Virus record (IMG/VR): IMGVR_UViG_3300035099_000181
Span: 1-64,000 of that record
From: a virus
DNA: 64,000 nucleotides
Strand: one strand, 5' to 3'
Shown here: positions 48,400-58,350 of the stretch, one piece after another
Numbering within the stretch: position 1 is the stretch's first letter
How the letters are laid out: each line of letters begins with the position of its first letter
The notes under the pieces: generated by a model
What the model was told of the DNA's origin: nothing
What the model saw: only the letters and a program-made list of their open reading frames with translations
Database searches by the model: none
Made by a program: the position numbers and the translations under genes

Positions 48400-48519
48400 T
48401 CAAGGCCACAGGCACGGTAGACAGTTACCAGGTAGATGGCCTTCCTACCGGGCAAAGCAAAGCTGAAGACATAGGCAGAGCGAAGGTTCTGCCCGATTCT
48501 TGTCCTACAAAAATAATCC

Positions 48520-48546
48520 TTGACTTTTCCGATTTTCTGTTATAAT
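48520..48546 (+). promoter_or_regulatory. Sigma-70 promoter with extended -10 (TTGACT-N15-TATAAT, TGn)
   Basis: Near-consensus boxes upstream of the replication initiator. Confidence 0.65.
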
Positions 48547-48802
48547 AAGATAGACAGTCGGAAGGGACTGGGGGAAAGGCCAATCCCCGTAGGGTTCCGG
48601 ATGACATTCCTTCTTGATGTAGAAGCGGGCGTCAGCAAGCGGAGTCGTGCCCGCAAGCGTGCTCGGTGCCTCTATCACCTGGCGACGCCCGCTTCTACAT
48701 TTCCAAAACGCCAATAGAGGAGGTGCACTTTGCACGATACCAAGTTTCCCAAACTCGCAAGATGCAGCATCTTCAATAACTGTTCCCGAAAGGAGAAGAG
48801 CC

Positions 48803-50125
48803 ATGAAGCAAGAGAGATCTAACCAAGACCAGCCCCAAAGAAGACTTCCCAAGAATCTACCCGATATTGTCAACTGCTCAATGGGCAAGCATTTCACCCA
48901 GGTCCCAAATGACCTCATCAGAGACGAGAGTATATCCATAAAAGCAAGAGGAATTCTGGTGCTCATACTAAGCAACAGAGAAGGATGGACTACATACCAG
49001 AGCCAGATGCAGAAAATCTGTCGTCTCGGACCCCTTGCTTTAAGATCCGGAATGAAGGAACTTGAGAAGGCGGGATACCTTGCCCGAATGGTCTACCGAG
49101 ACAAACAAACAAAAGAAATACTTGGGTCCTTCTTAGCATGCGCAGATACGCCTTTCCAATTCCAGATCGGGGAGTGCCAAGAAGACTTGATGAGCCAAGG
49201 ATTTGTTATTGGATTGCACCCGAAGAGCCAAGCCAGGCTTGGTTGTGACCTAAAGATTGGTTACCAATCTTTAGGTAACCAATCTATTGGTGATCAGCCC
49301 CTAAGAATACTAACTAATAAGAATATTAATATAGAAAGAAGACTCTCTCTTAAAGAGAGAGACTCTTTCGAGTCTCATGGAAAATCTCTTCCAGAACAAC
49401 CTTCTCAATCTTTTCCAAATTTGGAAGAGCCTTCCGGGATTGATTCATCCCCTCCGCTTCGAGAGGCGAAGCCTCTCTCGCTCCGTGATCAAGAAATCCC
49501 TCCTCAGAATGAGGACTCTTTCCCTCTCCGAGACTCTTCCACTTCTGGCACTCAACCCGAGGCTTCTAAGGAGGTTCCTCAGGAAGAGTCGCCAAAGGCG
49601 AAAGATCCTGTCAAGGTAGCTGGCAAGCATCTCATGGCGAACGGGGGTCAGGGATTTTACGCCTTGCTCAAGATGATCCTGGACAGGCCTATCAAGCAAG
49701 AGTTCTGGAAGCATGCCGTCCCGCTCGGAAAAATGGTGATCAACGATAAAATATCTGAGGATAGAATATTTGGCGTTATTGCCTGGCTGTTCGAGCATCA
49801 TGGCCAAGAGTTCGTACCGACCGTGTTTAGCGGGTCGGATCTTCGGAATAAGTTCGCTCGGATAGAGCATCAGATGAAATCTCAGGTCAAAAGGAACCTT
49901 CCCCACTCTAAGGATGCCAAGGTAACGTATGAGGAGAAAATGAGTTATGTCAAGGATGAAGTCTTGTATGAGAACGGAAGAACATATGGGCCCGAAGATT
50001 ATCCAGACGGAAAAATCGCCAGAGATGGATTCGGAAGGGCTATCAGACCTGATTTACTTTGCGGGGAAAGCCTTCGTCCGACAGGCCGGGGAGTCAATAA
50101 TGGCCAGGTCCGGAATACCAGTTAG
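48803..50125 (+). CDS. Replication initiator (HTH, replisome-organiser type)
   Basis: HFTQVPNDLIRDESISIKARGILVLILS..GW; ELEKAGYL; low-complexity linker; followed by a DnaC-like gene. Confidence 0.75.
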   Translation: MKQERSNQDQPQRRLPKNLPDIVNCSMGKHFTQVPNDLIRDESISIKARGILVLILSNREGWTTYQSQMQKICRLGPLALRSGMKELEKAGYLARMVYRDKQTKEILGSFLACADTPFQFQIGECQEDLMSQGFVIGLHPKSQARLGCDLKIGYQSLGNQSIGDQPLRILTNKNINIERRLSLKERDSFESHGKSLPEQPSQSFPNLEEPSGIDSSPPLREAKPLSLRDQEIPPQNEDSFPLRDSSTSGTQPEASKEVPQEESPKAKDPVKVAGKHLMANGGQGFYALLKMILDRPIKQEFWKHAVPLGKMVINDKISEDRIFGVIAWLFEHHGQEFVPTVFSGSDLRNKFARIEHQMKSQVKRNLPHSKDAKVTYEEKMSYVKDEVLYENGRTYGPEDYPDGKIARDGFGRAIRPDLLCGESLRPTGRGVNNGQVRNTS

Positions 50126-50618
50126 ATACAGGGATGCGACATTATCTGACTTTCCAGGTTTTAGTTATGTTCCTGGTCAATCGTATTACTTGTGTGGGGC
50201 TCCTGGAGCAGGCAAGACACATTTGATGTGTGCTCTAGTTCGGGAATTGGCACCCTGGAAGAGATGTTTACGCATTCCGATGATAGAGATGCTAAACAAC
50301 GTCAGAGATTCATATGATCAGAAGTCTCCTGAGCGGGATGATTACGACGATGATGATCCTTCTGGAAATATTGTTAACAGAATGTGCAATATGCACATTC
50401 TTGCTTTAGATGATATCGGACGGGAGAAGTCTACTGAATGGACTCAGGAGATGTTTTATCTGATTGTAAATCGACGTTATGAGGATATGGCCATTACACA
50501 TTTCGCTAGTAACTTCTCTCTTGGTGAGCTGGCGGATGTGGTTGATGCCAGGATTGCGCGAAGGATTGGAGAGATGTGCCGTGTGGTCAATCTGAACAAG
50601 AGAGTTTCTGATGGCTGA
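50100..50618 (+). CDS. DnaC/IstB-like helicase loader ATPase
   Basis: GIPVRY, GAPGAGKT, LALDDIG, IVNRRYE, RIARRIGEMC. Confidence 0.88.
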   Translation: MARSGIPVRYRDATLSDFPGFSYVPGQSYYLCGAPGAGKTHLMCALVRELAPWKRCLRIPMIEMLNNVRDSYDQKSPERDDYDDDDPSGNIVNRMCNMHILALDDIGREKSTEWTQEMFYLIVNRRYEDMAITHFASNFSLGELADVVDARIARRIGEMCRVVNLNKRVSDG

Positions 50619-52140
50619 TCCCGATATTGTTAGAACATTGATGGCGGCCACGGTCATGGATACTAAGTTTTTGAAAGGATTGCGTAAGGTCTGGCGCGAT
50701 GACCTATCCGGAGACACATGGGGATGGTTGGGAAACGAGTGCTTTAGGCATCTCAAGGAGCATGGGAAGGCCCCAGGCAGGGACATACAGCTTGCATGGG
50801 CCACTATTCCAGACCCGGTCCTCAAGCGGGACATGGAACGGTTCCTGGCAAAGCTGTCCAATGAATGGGATGATTGGGAAGCCAACAATGCATACAGTGT
50901 GGAAGCCTTGCTGAAGGAGGCCGAGAAGTACTTCGCCCAGCAGCTTTATCTGATCAAGGCTGCCGAGCTGGAGGCTGCTGCTGAGGCAGGGGACATTGAG
51001 GCTGCCGACGAGATAGTTAGTGAGATGAAGCCGCCGAAGTTGTCTATGGCTGTGTCCATTGTGCTGTCCGAGAATCCCAACATCATAAGGGAAGCTTTTG
51101 AGCATAAGGTACAATCTCTCGTTGGCCTTGGTGGGGCGTTTCAAGAGCTTGTCGGGGAGCAAGTTGTTAAGGACTCATTCGTGGCTTTTCTTGGCAAAGA
51201 GAAGGTGGGTAAGTCTTGGATTTTGCAAGCCCTCGCCTTCAGCGCCGCGAAGGCCAGGCAGAATGTCATGTACTGCCAATGTGGAGATCTGAGCCAGCGG
51301 CAGCAAGTATCCCGTTTTTCCATACAGCTTTCTGGGAGGTCTAACAGGTCTAAATATAACAGGACACAGCTTTTGCCTGTCCCTGACTGCTTCCTCAACC
51401 AGACAAACGAATGCAATAGGGAAGAGCGTTTGTGTTCTGTATCCGTTGTAGATGACTTGACTTTCAAGCCGTATCCAAAGTTGGCCGCGTTTGATTCCAA
51501 AAAAGGCTATATCCCGTGCTTCAGGGACTGACCGGATTATAGGTTCTCTTCCTGGTTCGAGGAGGAAAAGCAGTGCCTGGATTTGGGATGGGAAGAGGCT
51601 CAGGAAATTTGGAGAAGGTTTGATTTGGCGATAGGCAACAGGCTTCGTTTGTTCTGGGGAGCGACGAGGACGGTGACGGCGCGGGACGTGGATGCCGAAC
51701 TGGATAGGCTGAAGGACAGCATGGGGTGGATGCCGGGCATTATCGTCATTGACTATGCGGACATACTCGCTCCTGAGTCTGGATCTGGCAGAGACTTCAG
51801 GCACCAGGAAAACGCGCGATGGGAGGCACTCAGGAGGCTGTCGCAGGATTGGGAATGCTGCGTCGTGACGGCCACACAGTCAACGCGGGAGACTTACCGA
51901 AAGCGCCTGATATCGGAAGGTGATGCGAGCGAAGACAAGCGGAAGGCTGCTCATGTCACGGCGATGTTCGGCCTGAACAAGGATGCTCATGACAGGAGGA
52001 GAGGGTGGATGCGGATCAATCCAGTATTCGTTAGGGATGATGACTACGATCCTTTTGATCAGGTTGCGGTCCTTCAGTTACTGCAGCGCGGAATGCCGAA
52101 TTTGGGGAGCTGGTGGTGGATGAAAAAATCAGAGGAATGA
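50611..52140 (+). CDS. dnaB: DnaB-like replicative helicase spanning one in-frame TGA (51529-51531)
   Basis: Walker A GKEKVGKS in ORF 50611-51531; IVIDYADIL, VTATQ and SEDKRK in ORF 51583-52140; both in the same frame with only one stop between them. Confidence 0.8.
51529..51568 (+). promoter_or_regulatory. Candidate bacterial SECIS element after the in-frame UGA
   Basis: Stem TCTTCCT/AGGAGGA with loop GGTTCG; loop begins 22 nt after the TGA. Confidence 0.45.
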
Positions 52141-52164
52141 AAAATAGGAATCGAGGTTATAATA
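52140..52164 (+). promoter_or_regulatory. Promoter motif AAAAATAGGAATC-N5-TATAATA, copy 1
   Basis: Same motif and spacing at 58313-58337. Confidence 0.65.
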
Positions 52165-52207
52165 GTGGTAGATGAGATTGGGCAACTTAACAAGGAGGAT
52201 GGAGAGA

Positions 52208-52398
52208 TGAAAGAGACAAAGAGACTTGAGGACATGACCTTGGGGCGGATCACAGCAGAATATAACAAGGTCGCAGGAGAGCTGAACCTTGAGGCAAAAC
52301 GATTCAAGGACAAGGCGAGCGCATTGAAGAGGTTGTCAGGCCTGCTGCTTTCTGACGAGTACTTGGAGCTTCATCCAGAGGGGAATCCGGATGTGTAG
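52208..52398 (+). CDS. Small hypothetical protein
   Basis: RBS before MKETKRLEDM; KRFKDKASALKRL; coordinates approximate. Confidence 0.5.
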
Positions 52399-52570
52399 GC
52401 AGAAGGGCTTCGAGGGGATGTATACCAAGATTGAATTTAATTAACAGTTATAGCGATAAGGTTTGGTTTGACTCTAATTTCATTTGAAGAAGTTAAGATG
52501 GCTCCATGCGTAAGGACTCTTTGTGTAGATTTTGATGGAGTCTTGGTCAAGTACGAAAAGCGGAGTATAG

Positions 52571-55500
52571 ATGAACTTTTGTCATCTTCATGTTCATGAT
52601 CAGTATTCACAGCTTGATGGATACGGTTCAGCAGAGCAGTATGCTGATGAAGCATCTCGTTTAGAATTCACCCATCTTGCTCTGACTAATCATGGAAATG
52701 TCGATGGGCTGATTAAATTTCAGAAAGCTTGCTTAGGTAAGGATATAGTGCCTATTTTGGGAAGCGAGTTATATGTGGTGCCTGATATTTCTATTAAGGA
52801 GCCAAAGGAAAAACGCTATCATATTACTGTTCTGGTGAAGAACAATGAAGGCTTTTCTAATCTTCTGCGAATGCTCACTAAGGCCAACTTGGAAGGTTTT
52901 TATAAGCGCCCTCGTGTTAGTCCGGACATGCTTTTGAAATATTGTGGTGGCCTGATTTTTATGACCGCTTGCACATCTTCTATAGTCTATATGTCAAAGG
53001 GTAGGGAGCTGGTTAATGAGCTTGGAGATGCTACTGGGGGAAATATCTATCTTGAAATAATGCCTCACGATTATTCTGATCAAAAGAAGTTGAATAGATT
53101 GCTGCTGGTTATGTCCAAGAAGGATGGATTGCCTTTAGTGGCCACTAACGATTGTCATTATCCTTTGTCTAAGCATACAAAAGTTCAGGAAGTTCTTCTG
53201 GCTATTCAGCGTAAGGCGAAATGGATGGATAAAGATAGATGGCGATTCGAGATAGATGGTCTTTATCTTAGGACCGAGAAGGAAATGGAAGAGGCATTTC
53301 TGAGGCAGGGTATAATTCCACAGAGATTGTTTGCGGAGGCTTTGGTTAGAACTTCAGAAATAGCAAGTAAATGTGGTGGATATAAAATAGAAAAACGCTC
53401 TGTCATTCTGCCTAAAGTCTCGGGATACGAGGATAGGGATGAGACAGAACTGATGTGGGAAATAGTTAATAGAGGCCTTAAGGAGCGCCTCCTTGTTCCG
53501 GGAACAATAAGCAGGGATCAGTTGCCTGCTTATCGTTCTCGGATTAAGGAAGAGATGGATCTTATCTGCGAACTTGGCTTTCAAGGATATTTTCTAATAG
53601 TTTGGGAGCTGATAGATTGGTGCAAAAAGAATGATATTATGACTGGACCTGGCCGAGGGTCTTCCGGAGGCTCTCTTGTGGCATATCTTATGCGAATAAC
53701 TGACGTAGATCCTATAAAGTATGGTCTTGTGTTCGCAAGATTTATCTCTCCTGCCAGGATAGATTTGCCAGATATAGATATGGACTTTGAGGACATAAAG
53801 CGAGATAGGATAAGGAAACACCTTGAAGATAATTATGGTAAGTTCAATGTGTCTGGACTTTCTACCTTTGCGAAAATGAAGGGTCGCGGAGCTATACGGG
53901 ATGTAGCAAGAGTTTTTGATGTTCCTATTTTGGATACAGACAAATGCGCTAAGGCAATAGTTGTAAGATCTGGCGGAGATTTTAGATCCTCCTATACGAT
54001 AGAAGATGCCTGCAAGACCTTCGGCGATGCAATAGATTTCAATAAAAAATATCCAGAAGTTGTAAGTATAGCACAGGATTTGGAGGGGACACTAAGGGCT
54101 AGTGGGCAGCACGCAGCAGCTATTTGCATCTCTTCCGAGGATCTGAGAGAGGGCCTTTGGTGTCATCTTTGCAATAGGAAAGGAGTGGTTGTCGCTAATT
54201 GGGAAAAGTCAGATGCCGAATATATAGGGCTGATGAAATTGGATATTCTGGGTCTTACGGCTTTGACTATACTTAATTACACTAAGAAACTTCTTAAGGA
54301 GAGGCGGGGGGTCTCTATAGTGTTTGATGATATACCTCTGGATGACGAGAAGGTTCTTAGCGAGATAGCTGCTGGCAATAATGTTGGTGCTTTTCAGATC
54401 GGTTCTTCGGGTCTGATGAAACTGTGTAGGGAAATGAAGGTGAAGGAATTTAACGACATAGTCCTTGCATCAGCCTTATTCAGACCTGGGACATTGCGCT
54501 CGGGAATGGTAGAGGAATTTATACAGAGAAGGACAGGGGCAGCCCCTGTGAAGTATATTCATCCATTGCTTGAGCCTTTAACTAAAGAGACACTGGGAAT
54601 TATTCTGTATCAAGAACAGGTCATGTGGCTTATGTACGAGCTTGGTGGGTTGGGGTGGAAGACATGTGACACTGTTCGGAAGGTTATCAGTAAGTCACAA
54701 GGTGATGAATTGTTTGGAAGGTTCAAGCAGCTATTTATAGATGGCTGCCAAGAACGGAAGACTCTTTCAGAGAAAGAGGCAGATAAGGTTTGGGATCAGT
54801 TGAGCAGCTTTGGAAGTTATTCATTCAACAAGAGTCATGCTGTAGAATATTCTCTTATAACCTTTTGGATGATGTGGCTTAAGGCGCATTATCCAAAAGA
54901 GTACTTATGTGCAAGTCTGACATTTACAGGAGCAAATGATAAGGCTAGCTATATAGATGAAGCCAGAAGGCTGGGGCTATCAATAGAACTTCCGCGTGTT
55001 GGTATTTCCAAAGCAACTGAGTGGATTTCCTCTATTGCTGATGATGGGAAAATATTTGCCCCATTTTCAGAGATTAAAGGCATAGGAGAGGCTTCCGCTA
55101 GGCAACTGGAAAAAGCCAAATTGGGTTTTAAGAAGGGCTTTTTTAGAAGTAGAGAATTTCAGTTTGGTGAAGGCCGTAGGCCAAACAGCATGATTATGTC
55201 TGTTCTGGAAGAGATTGGTGCCTTGGGTAACAAGGAGCTTACTGATTCAGAACTGGAGAAAGCAAACAAATATTTTGATTTTGATCTATCAAAAGATAAG
55301 ATGGGTAAATACTCCAAATTATTTCAGAGGCTGAAAGAAAGCATGATTCTTAGCTGTGTGAAAGACATAGACTATCAAAAGCCAAGCACAGATGAGCATT
55401 ATTATTTTGGGCAAATGACCGAGGTGAAATTTGGATATAGGCAGGCAGTCTTAAAGGCACAAAAGAGCGGAATGGGCGATATTTCTGGCACAGATAATCT

Positions 55501-56329
55501 TGGCGGGGTGTATGGCAATTTCAAGGACGAAACAGATTTTACTATGCTGATTTTTGGAGGAGAGCTTTATCAAAGAAAAAAGGCAGATGTAGAGCATTGT
55601 GCTGGTGATTGGATTTTAGCTAAAGCTAATCATCCTAAACGGAAGACTGCAATATTGGCTAACGATGCTTGGATAGGAAAAGAACTTTTATCCTGTGATT
55701 TGGAAGGTTGTAACATTGAACTTATTTCTAATAGTCATCCTTGTGTCTTACCAAATATAGATAAATGTTCATTGTGCTCTTTAAGATCAGAATGCAAAAG
55801 ACCTGTTCCAGCCTCTCCCGGTAAATATAATGTCATGCTGATAGGCGAAGCGCCAGGAAAAGAGGAGGATCTTAAAGGGATAGGATTTATAGGCAAGGCA
55901 GGGAGCGAAGTGCTGTGGCCTGAGCTGGCTAAGTACCGTCTTGATAGAGAGATGTTTCATATCACCAATATTGTAAAGTGCTGGCCAAGTAATACAAAAA
56001 CTCCTTCTAAAAAGCACATATTTGAGTGCTCTTCTATTATCAAGGAAGAGATATCCTCCGTTAGGCCAGTTCTCGCCTTGGCCTTCGGGAATACTAATGT
56101 TAAGTTCTTCAAAGGTTTGGATAGTGGGATTATTGGCCTTAACGCCACGACGGAATGGTCTAATGAATATGGAATGTGGATATGCTGGTGCATTCATCCG
56201 GCTGCCGTTCTTTATCAGCAGCCTAACTTAGATCTGTTTTCTGCTGGAATAGAGAATTTTGTTAAGAAGCTGAGTTATATTGCTGGAGATAAGTTGTCCT
56301 TTCCTTTTACAAGAAAGAGAGAAGAATGA
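52571..56329 (+). CDS. dnaE: DNA polymerase III alpha subunit fused to a C-terminal family-4 uracil-DNA glycosylase-like domain
   Basis: PHP HLHVHDQYSQLDG, GPGRGS, PDIDMDF, KLDILGL, YSFNKSHA; C-terminal CSLC..C, IGEAPG..ED, NIVKCWP, HPAAVL. Confidence 0.93.
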   Translation: MNFCHLHVHDQYSQLDGYGSAEQYADEASRLEFTHLALTNHGNVDGLIKFQKACLGKDIVPILGSELYVVPDISIKEPKEKRYHITVLVKNNEGFSNLLRMLTKANLEGFYKRPRVSPDMLLKYCGGLIFMTACTSSIVYMSKGRELVNELGDATGGNIYLEIMPHDYSDQKKLNRLLLVMSKKDGLPLVATNDCHYPLSKHTKVQEVLLAIQRKAKWMDKDRWRFEIDGLYLRTEKEMEEAFLRQGIIPQRLFAEALVRTSEIASKCGGYKIEKRSVILPKVSGYEDRDETELMWEIVNRGLKERLLVPGTISRDQLPAYRSRIKEEMDLICELGFQGYFLIVWELIDWCKKNDIMTGPGRGSSGGSLVAYLMRITDVDPIKYGLVFARFISPARIDLPDIDMDFEDIKRDRIRKHLEDNYGKFNVSGLSTFAKMKGRGAIRDVARVFDVPILDTDKCAKAIVVRSGGDFRSSYTIEDACKTFGDAIDFNKKYPEVVSIAQDLEGTLRASGQHAAAICISSEDLREGLWCHLCNRKGVVVANWEKSDAEYIGLMKLDILGLTALTILNYTKKLLKERRGVSIVFDDIPLDDEKVLSEIAAGNNVGAFQIGSSGLMKLCREMKVKEFNDIVLASALFRPGTLRSGMVEEFIQRRTGAAPVKYIHPLLEPLTKETLGIILYQEQVMWLMYELGGLGWKTCDTVRKVISKSQGDELFGRFKQLFIDGCQERKTLSEKEADKVWDQLSSFGSYSFNKSHAVEYSLITFWMMWLKAHYPKEYLCASLTFTGANDKASYIDEARRLGLSIELPRVGISKATEWISSIADDGKIFAPFSEIKGIGEASARQLEKAKLGFKKGFFRSREFQFGEGRRPNSMIMSVLEEIGALGNKELTDSELEKANKYFDFDLSKDKMGKYSKLFQRLKESMILSCVKDIDYQKPSTDEHYYFGQMTEVKFGYRQAVLKAQKSGMGDISGTDNLGGVYGNFKDETDFTMLIFGGELYQRKKADVEHCAGDWILAKANHPKRKTAILANDAWIGKELLSCDLEGCNIELISNSHPCVLPNIDKCSLCSLRSECKRPVPASPGKYNVMLIGEAPGKEEDLKGIGFIGKAGSEVLWPELAKYRLDREMFHITNIVKCWPSNTKTPSKKHIFECSSIIKEEISSVRPVLALAFGNTNVKFFKGLDSGIIGLNATTEWSNEYGMWICWCIHPAAVLYQQPNLDLFSAGIENFVKKLSYIAGDKLSFPFTRKREE

Positions 56330-57354
56330 AAGTATCTGAGTTTAAGAGGGCGTTGGAGCTGGTTAAGCCGGGACTCGCGAGCAGTGATAAGCTGATGGAG
56401 CAGGGGACTTCTGTGATCTTCGTTGGGGGCAGGGTCCAGACGTTCAACGACGAGGTTTCCATATCCGCGCCATTGGCCACGGATGTCGAAGGTGCGGTGC
56501 TGGCATCCCCTATTTATGCATTCCTGTCTAAGCTGCCGGCGGATTCCGAGTTGGAAGTGGAGCAGGGTGAAAGCGAACTCAAGTTGTTATGCGGCAGGCA
56601 GAGAGCGGGCGTGCTGATGGAAAAAGATATAAAGCTGCCCCTGGATGAGGAGCTTTCGGAACCTGGATCTTGGCAGCCAATTCCAGGTGATTTCTTGTCG
56701 TCCTTGCGGTCTGTCCTGTTCTCATCGGCAAGATCTGGGACGAATCCTATATTGGCCTGCGTCAACATTGGCGATGGTTTCATTGAAACGTGCGATGAAT
56801 ACAGGATGACGCGGTGCTCCCTCATTGATTCCCCGCTTCCCGAAGATATGTCATCTGGTAGCACGATCAAGATTGTGGCACGGCACTTGGGAAAGTTGGA
56901 GTCATATGAACCTGAGAGGATGGGCTATTCTGGGAACTGGGCGCATTTCGATTGCAAGGATGGTATCAGGTATTGTGTCCGAATAGTGGACGGGGATTAC
57001 CCCGACCTTGGCGGATTTCTTGAACTTGATGGAGTCGAGATAGAGTTCCCGAAGGAGCTGGATGAAGCATTGGACTGGGCTTCCGTAGTTGCTGATGATG
57101 CCGTCCAATTTGCGCAGGAGGTTAAAGTTGAGCTGAGTCGCGGGAAGCTGATCATTCGCGGGGAAGGGCCTGACGGATGGGCCGAGGATACTCTGTGCAT
57201 GAGGTACACTGGTGAGCCTGTCACATTTTCTGCGCATCCATTATTCCTCAAGGAGATGGTCAAGATAGCTCGGAAGGTGATCCTTGGAAGGGAAGCTATT
57301 AAAATAGAGACCGATGGAATGCAGCATGTCGTGGCCCTTGGCAGCAGCGAATAG
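56326..57354 (+). CDS. dnaN: Sliding clamp (Pol III beta-like)
   Basis: 342 aa; ETCDEYRM and DGDYPDL motifs; between dnaE and the clamp loader. Confidence 0.75.
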   Translation: MKVSEFKRALELVKPGLASSDKLMEQGTSVIFVGGRVQTFNDEVSISAPLATDVEGAVLASPIYAFLSKLPADSELEVEQGESELKLLCGRQRAGVLMEKDIKLPLDEELSEPGSWQPIPGDFLSSLRSVLFSSARSGTNPILACVNIGDGFIETCDEYRMTRCSLIDSPLPEDMSSGSTIKIVARHLGKLESYEPERMGYSGNWAHFDCKDGIRYCVRIVDGDYPDLGGFLELDGVEIEFPKELDEALDWASVVADDAVQFAQEVKVELSRGKLIIRGEGPDGWAEDTLCMRYTGEPVTFSAHPLFLKEMVKIARKVILGREAIKIETDGMQHVVALGSSE

Positions 57355-57366
57355 AGGGAGAAAGCA

Positions 57367-58311
57367 ATGCCATTACACACGGATCATAGACCCATGAAGC
57401 TGTCCGATATGATGGGCAATCAATCTGTAATGAGTTCTCTGAAAGCTCATTTGAAAAAAGATAGCCCAAACAGGTCCTTGCTAGTTACGGGGCCTTCGGG
57501 ATGTGGCAAGACTTCAATTGCATATTGCCTGGCGAACGAACTTGGAGCGTATGATAAGAAGCATCCTGACTGGAACTTCAAGATGCTTAATGCCTCAGAC
57601 TTTCGGGGCATAGACACCATCCGTCAAATTCGGGAGGACTCTGCAAGGAGACCTTTGAATAAATCCCCTGCTAGGATTTGGGATCTTGAGGAATCTCACC
57701 GGCTCACGTCCGATGCGCAGGAAGCTATTCTTAAGCTACTGGAGGATCCGCCGAAGGACTGTTGGTTCGTGTTGACCACCACTGAGCCCGGCAAACTCAA
57801 GATGACATTGCGTAGAAGATGCACAGAATTCGAGATGTCACCGCTTTCCGACCGGGAACTGGCCGTACTTTTGTCTAAGGTAATGAAGGAGGAAGGCAAG
57901 TTTGTTCCGAGGGATATCGTTGCGCAGATTTGCCGTGATTCCATGGGATCGCCTGGCATGGCCTTGAACATATTGGATAAGGTCATCGACTTGCCGGAGG
58001 CTGATATGGCTAAGGCGGCGAAGCGGCTGGCGGAACGCTCGTCCAATGTGATAACGCTGTGCCGAGCCATGCTGGCGCTGAAGGGCGGTGGCGGTAAGAG
58101 CGCGTGGAAGGAACTGGCTGGGATACTGAAGGAACTTGAGGAGGACGACGAGGAGACAATACGCAGGCAGGTTTTGGCTTATTTCCGCAAGGTACTTCTT
58201 GACGGCGACGAGGGTGCTTACTTGGTGATGTGCGAGTTTGAGCAGCCTTATTACAATAGTGGGAAGGCAGGCTTGGCGCTGTCGGTGTACCGGGCGCTCT
58301 GTCTGGAATAA
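57367..58311 (+). CDS. Clamp loader AAA+ subunit (DnaX/RFC-like)
   Basis: HRPMKLSDMMGN, GPSGCGKT, NASDFRGID, AQEAILKLLED, LRRRC. Confidence 0.88.
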   Translation: MPLHTDHRPMKLSDMMGNQSVMSSLKAHLKKDSPNRSLLVTGPSGCGKTSIAYCLANELGAYDKKHPDWNFKMLNASDFRGIDTIRQIREDSARRPLNKSPARIWDLEESHRLTSDAQEAILKLLEDPPKDCWFVLTTTEPGKLKMTLRRRCTEFEMSPLSDRELAVLLSKVMKEEGKFVPRDIVAQICRDSMGSPGMALNILDKVIDLPEADMAKAAKRLAERSSNVITLCRAMLALKGGGGKSAWKELAGILKELEEDDEETIRRQVLAYFRKVLLDGDEGAYLVMCEFEQPYYNSGKAGLALSVYRALCLE

Positions 58312-58312
58312 A

Positions 58313-58337
58313 AAAAATAGGAATCCGTGCTATAATA
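58313..58337 (+). promoter_or_regulatory. Promoter motif AAAAATAGGAATC-N5-TATAATA, copy 2
   Basis: Matches 52140-52164; also has TGn extended -10. Confidence 0.65.
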
Positions 58338-58350
58338 AATATGAAAGGGA

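Noticed and set aside
45107-48502. Hammerhead ribozymes at CTGAGGA (about 45108) and CTGAAGA (about 48463) followed by hairpins
   Set aside because: The required GAAA after stem II is replaced by GATT, and stems I and III could not be built.
50611-52140. Genome-wide TGA reassignment
   Set aside because: Many genes end at TGA with tight coupling to the next gene (for example 17852, 18256, 35690), and only one in-frame TGA was seen.
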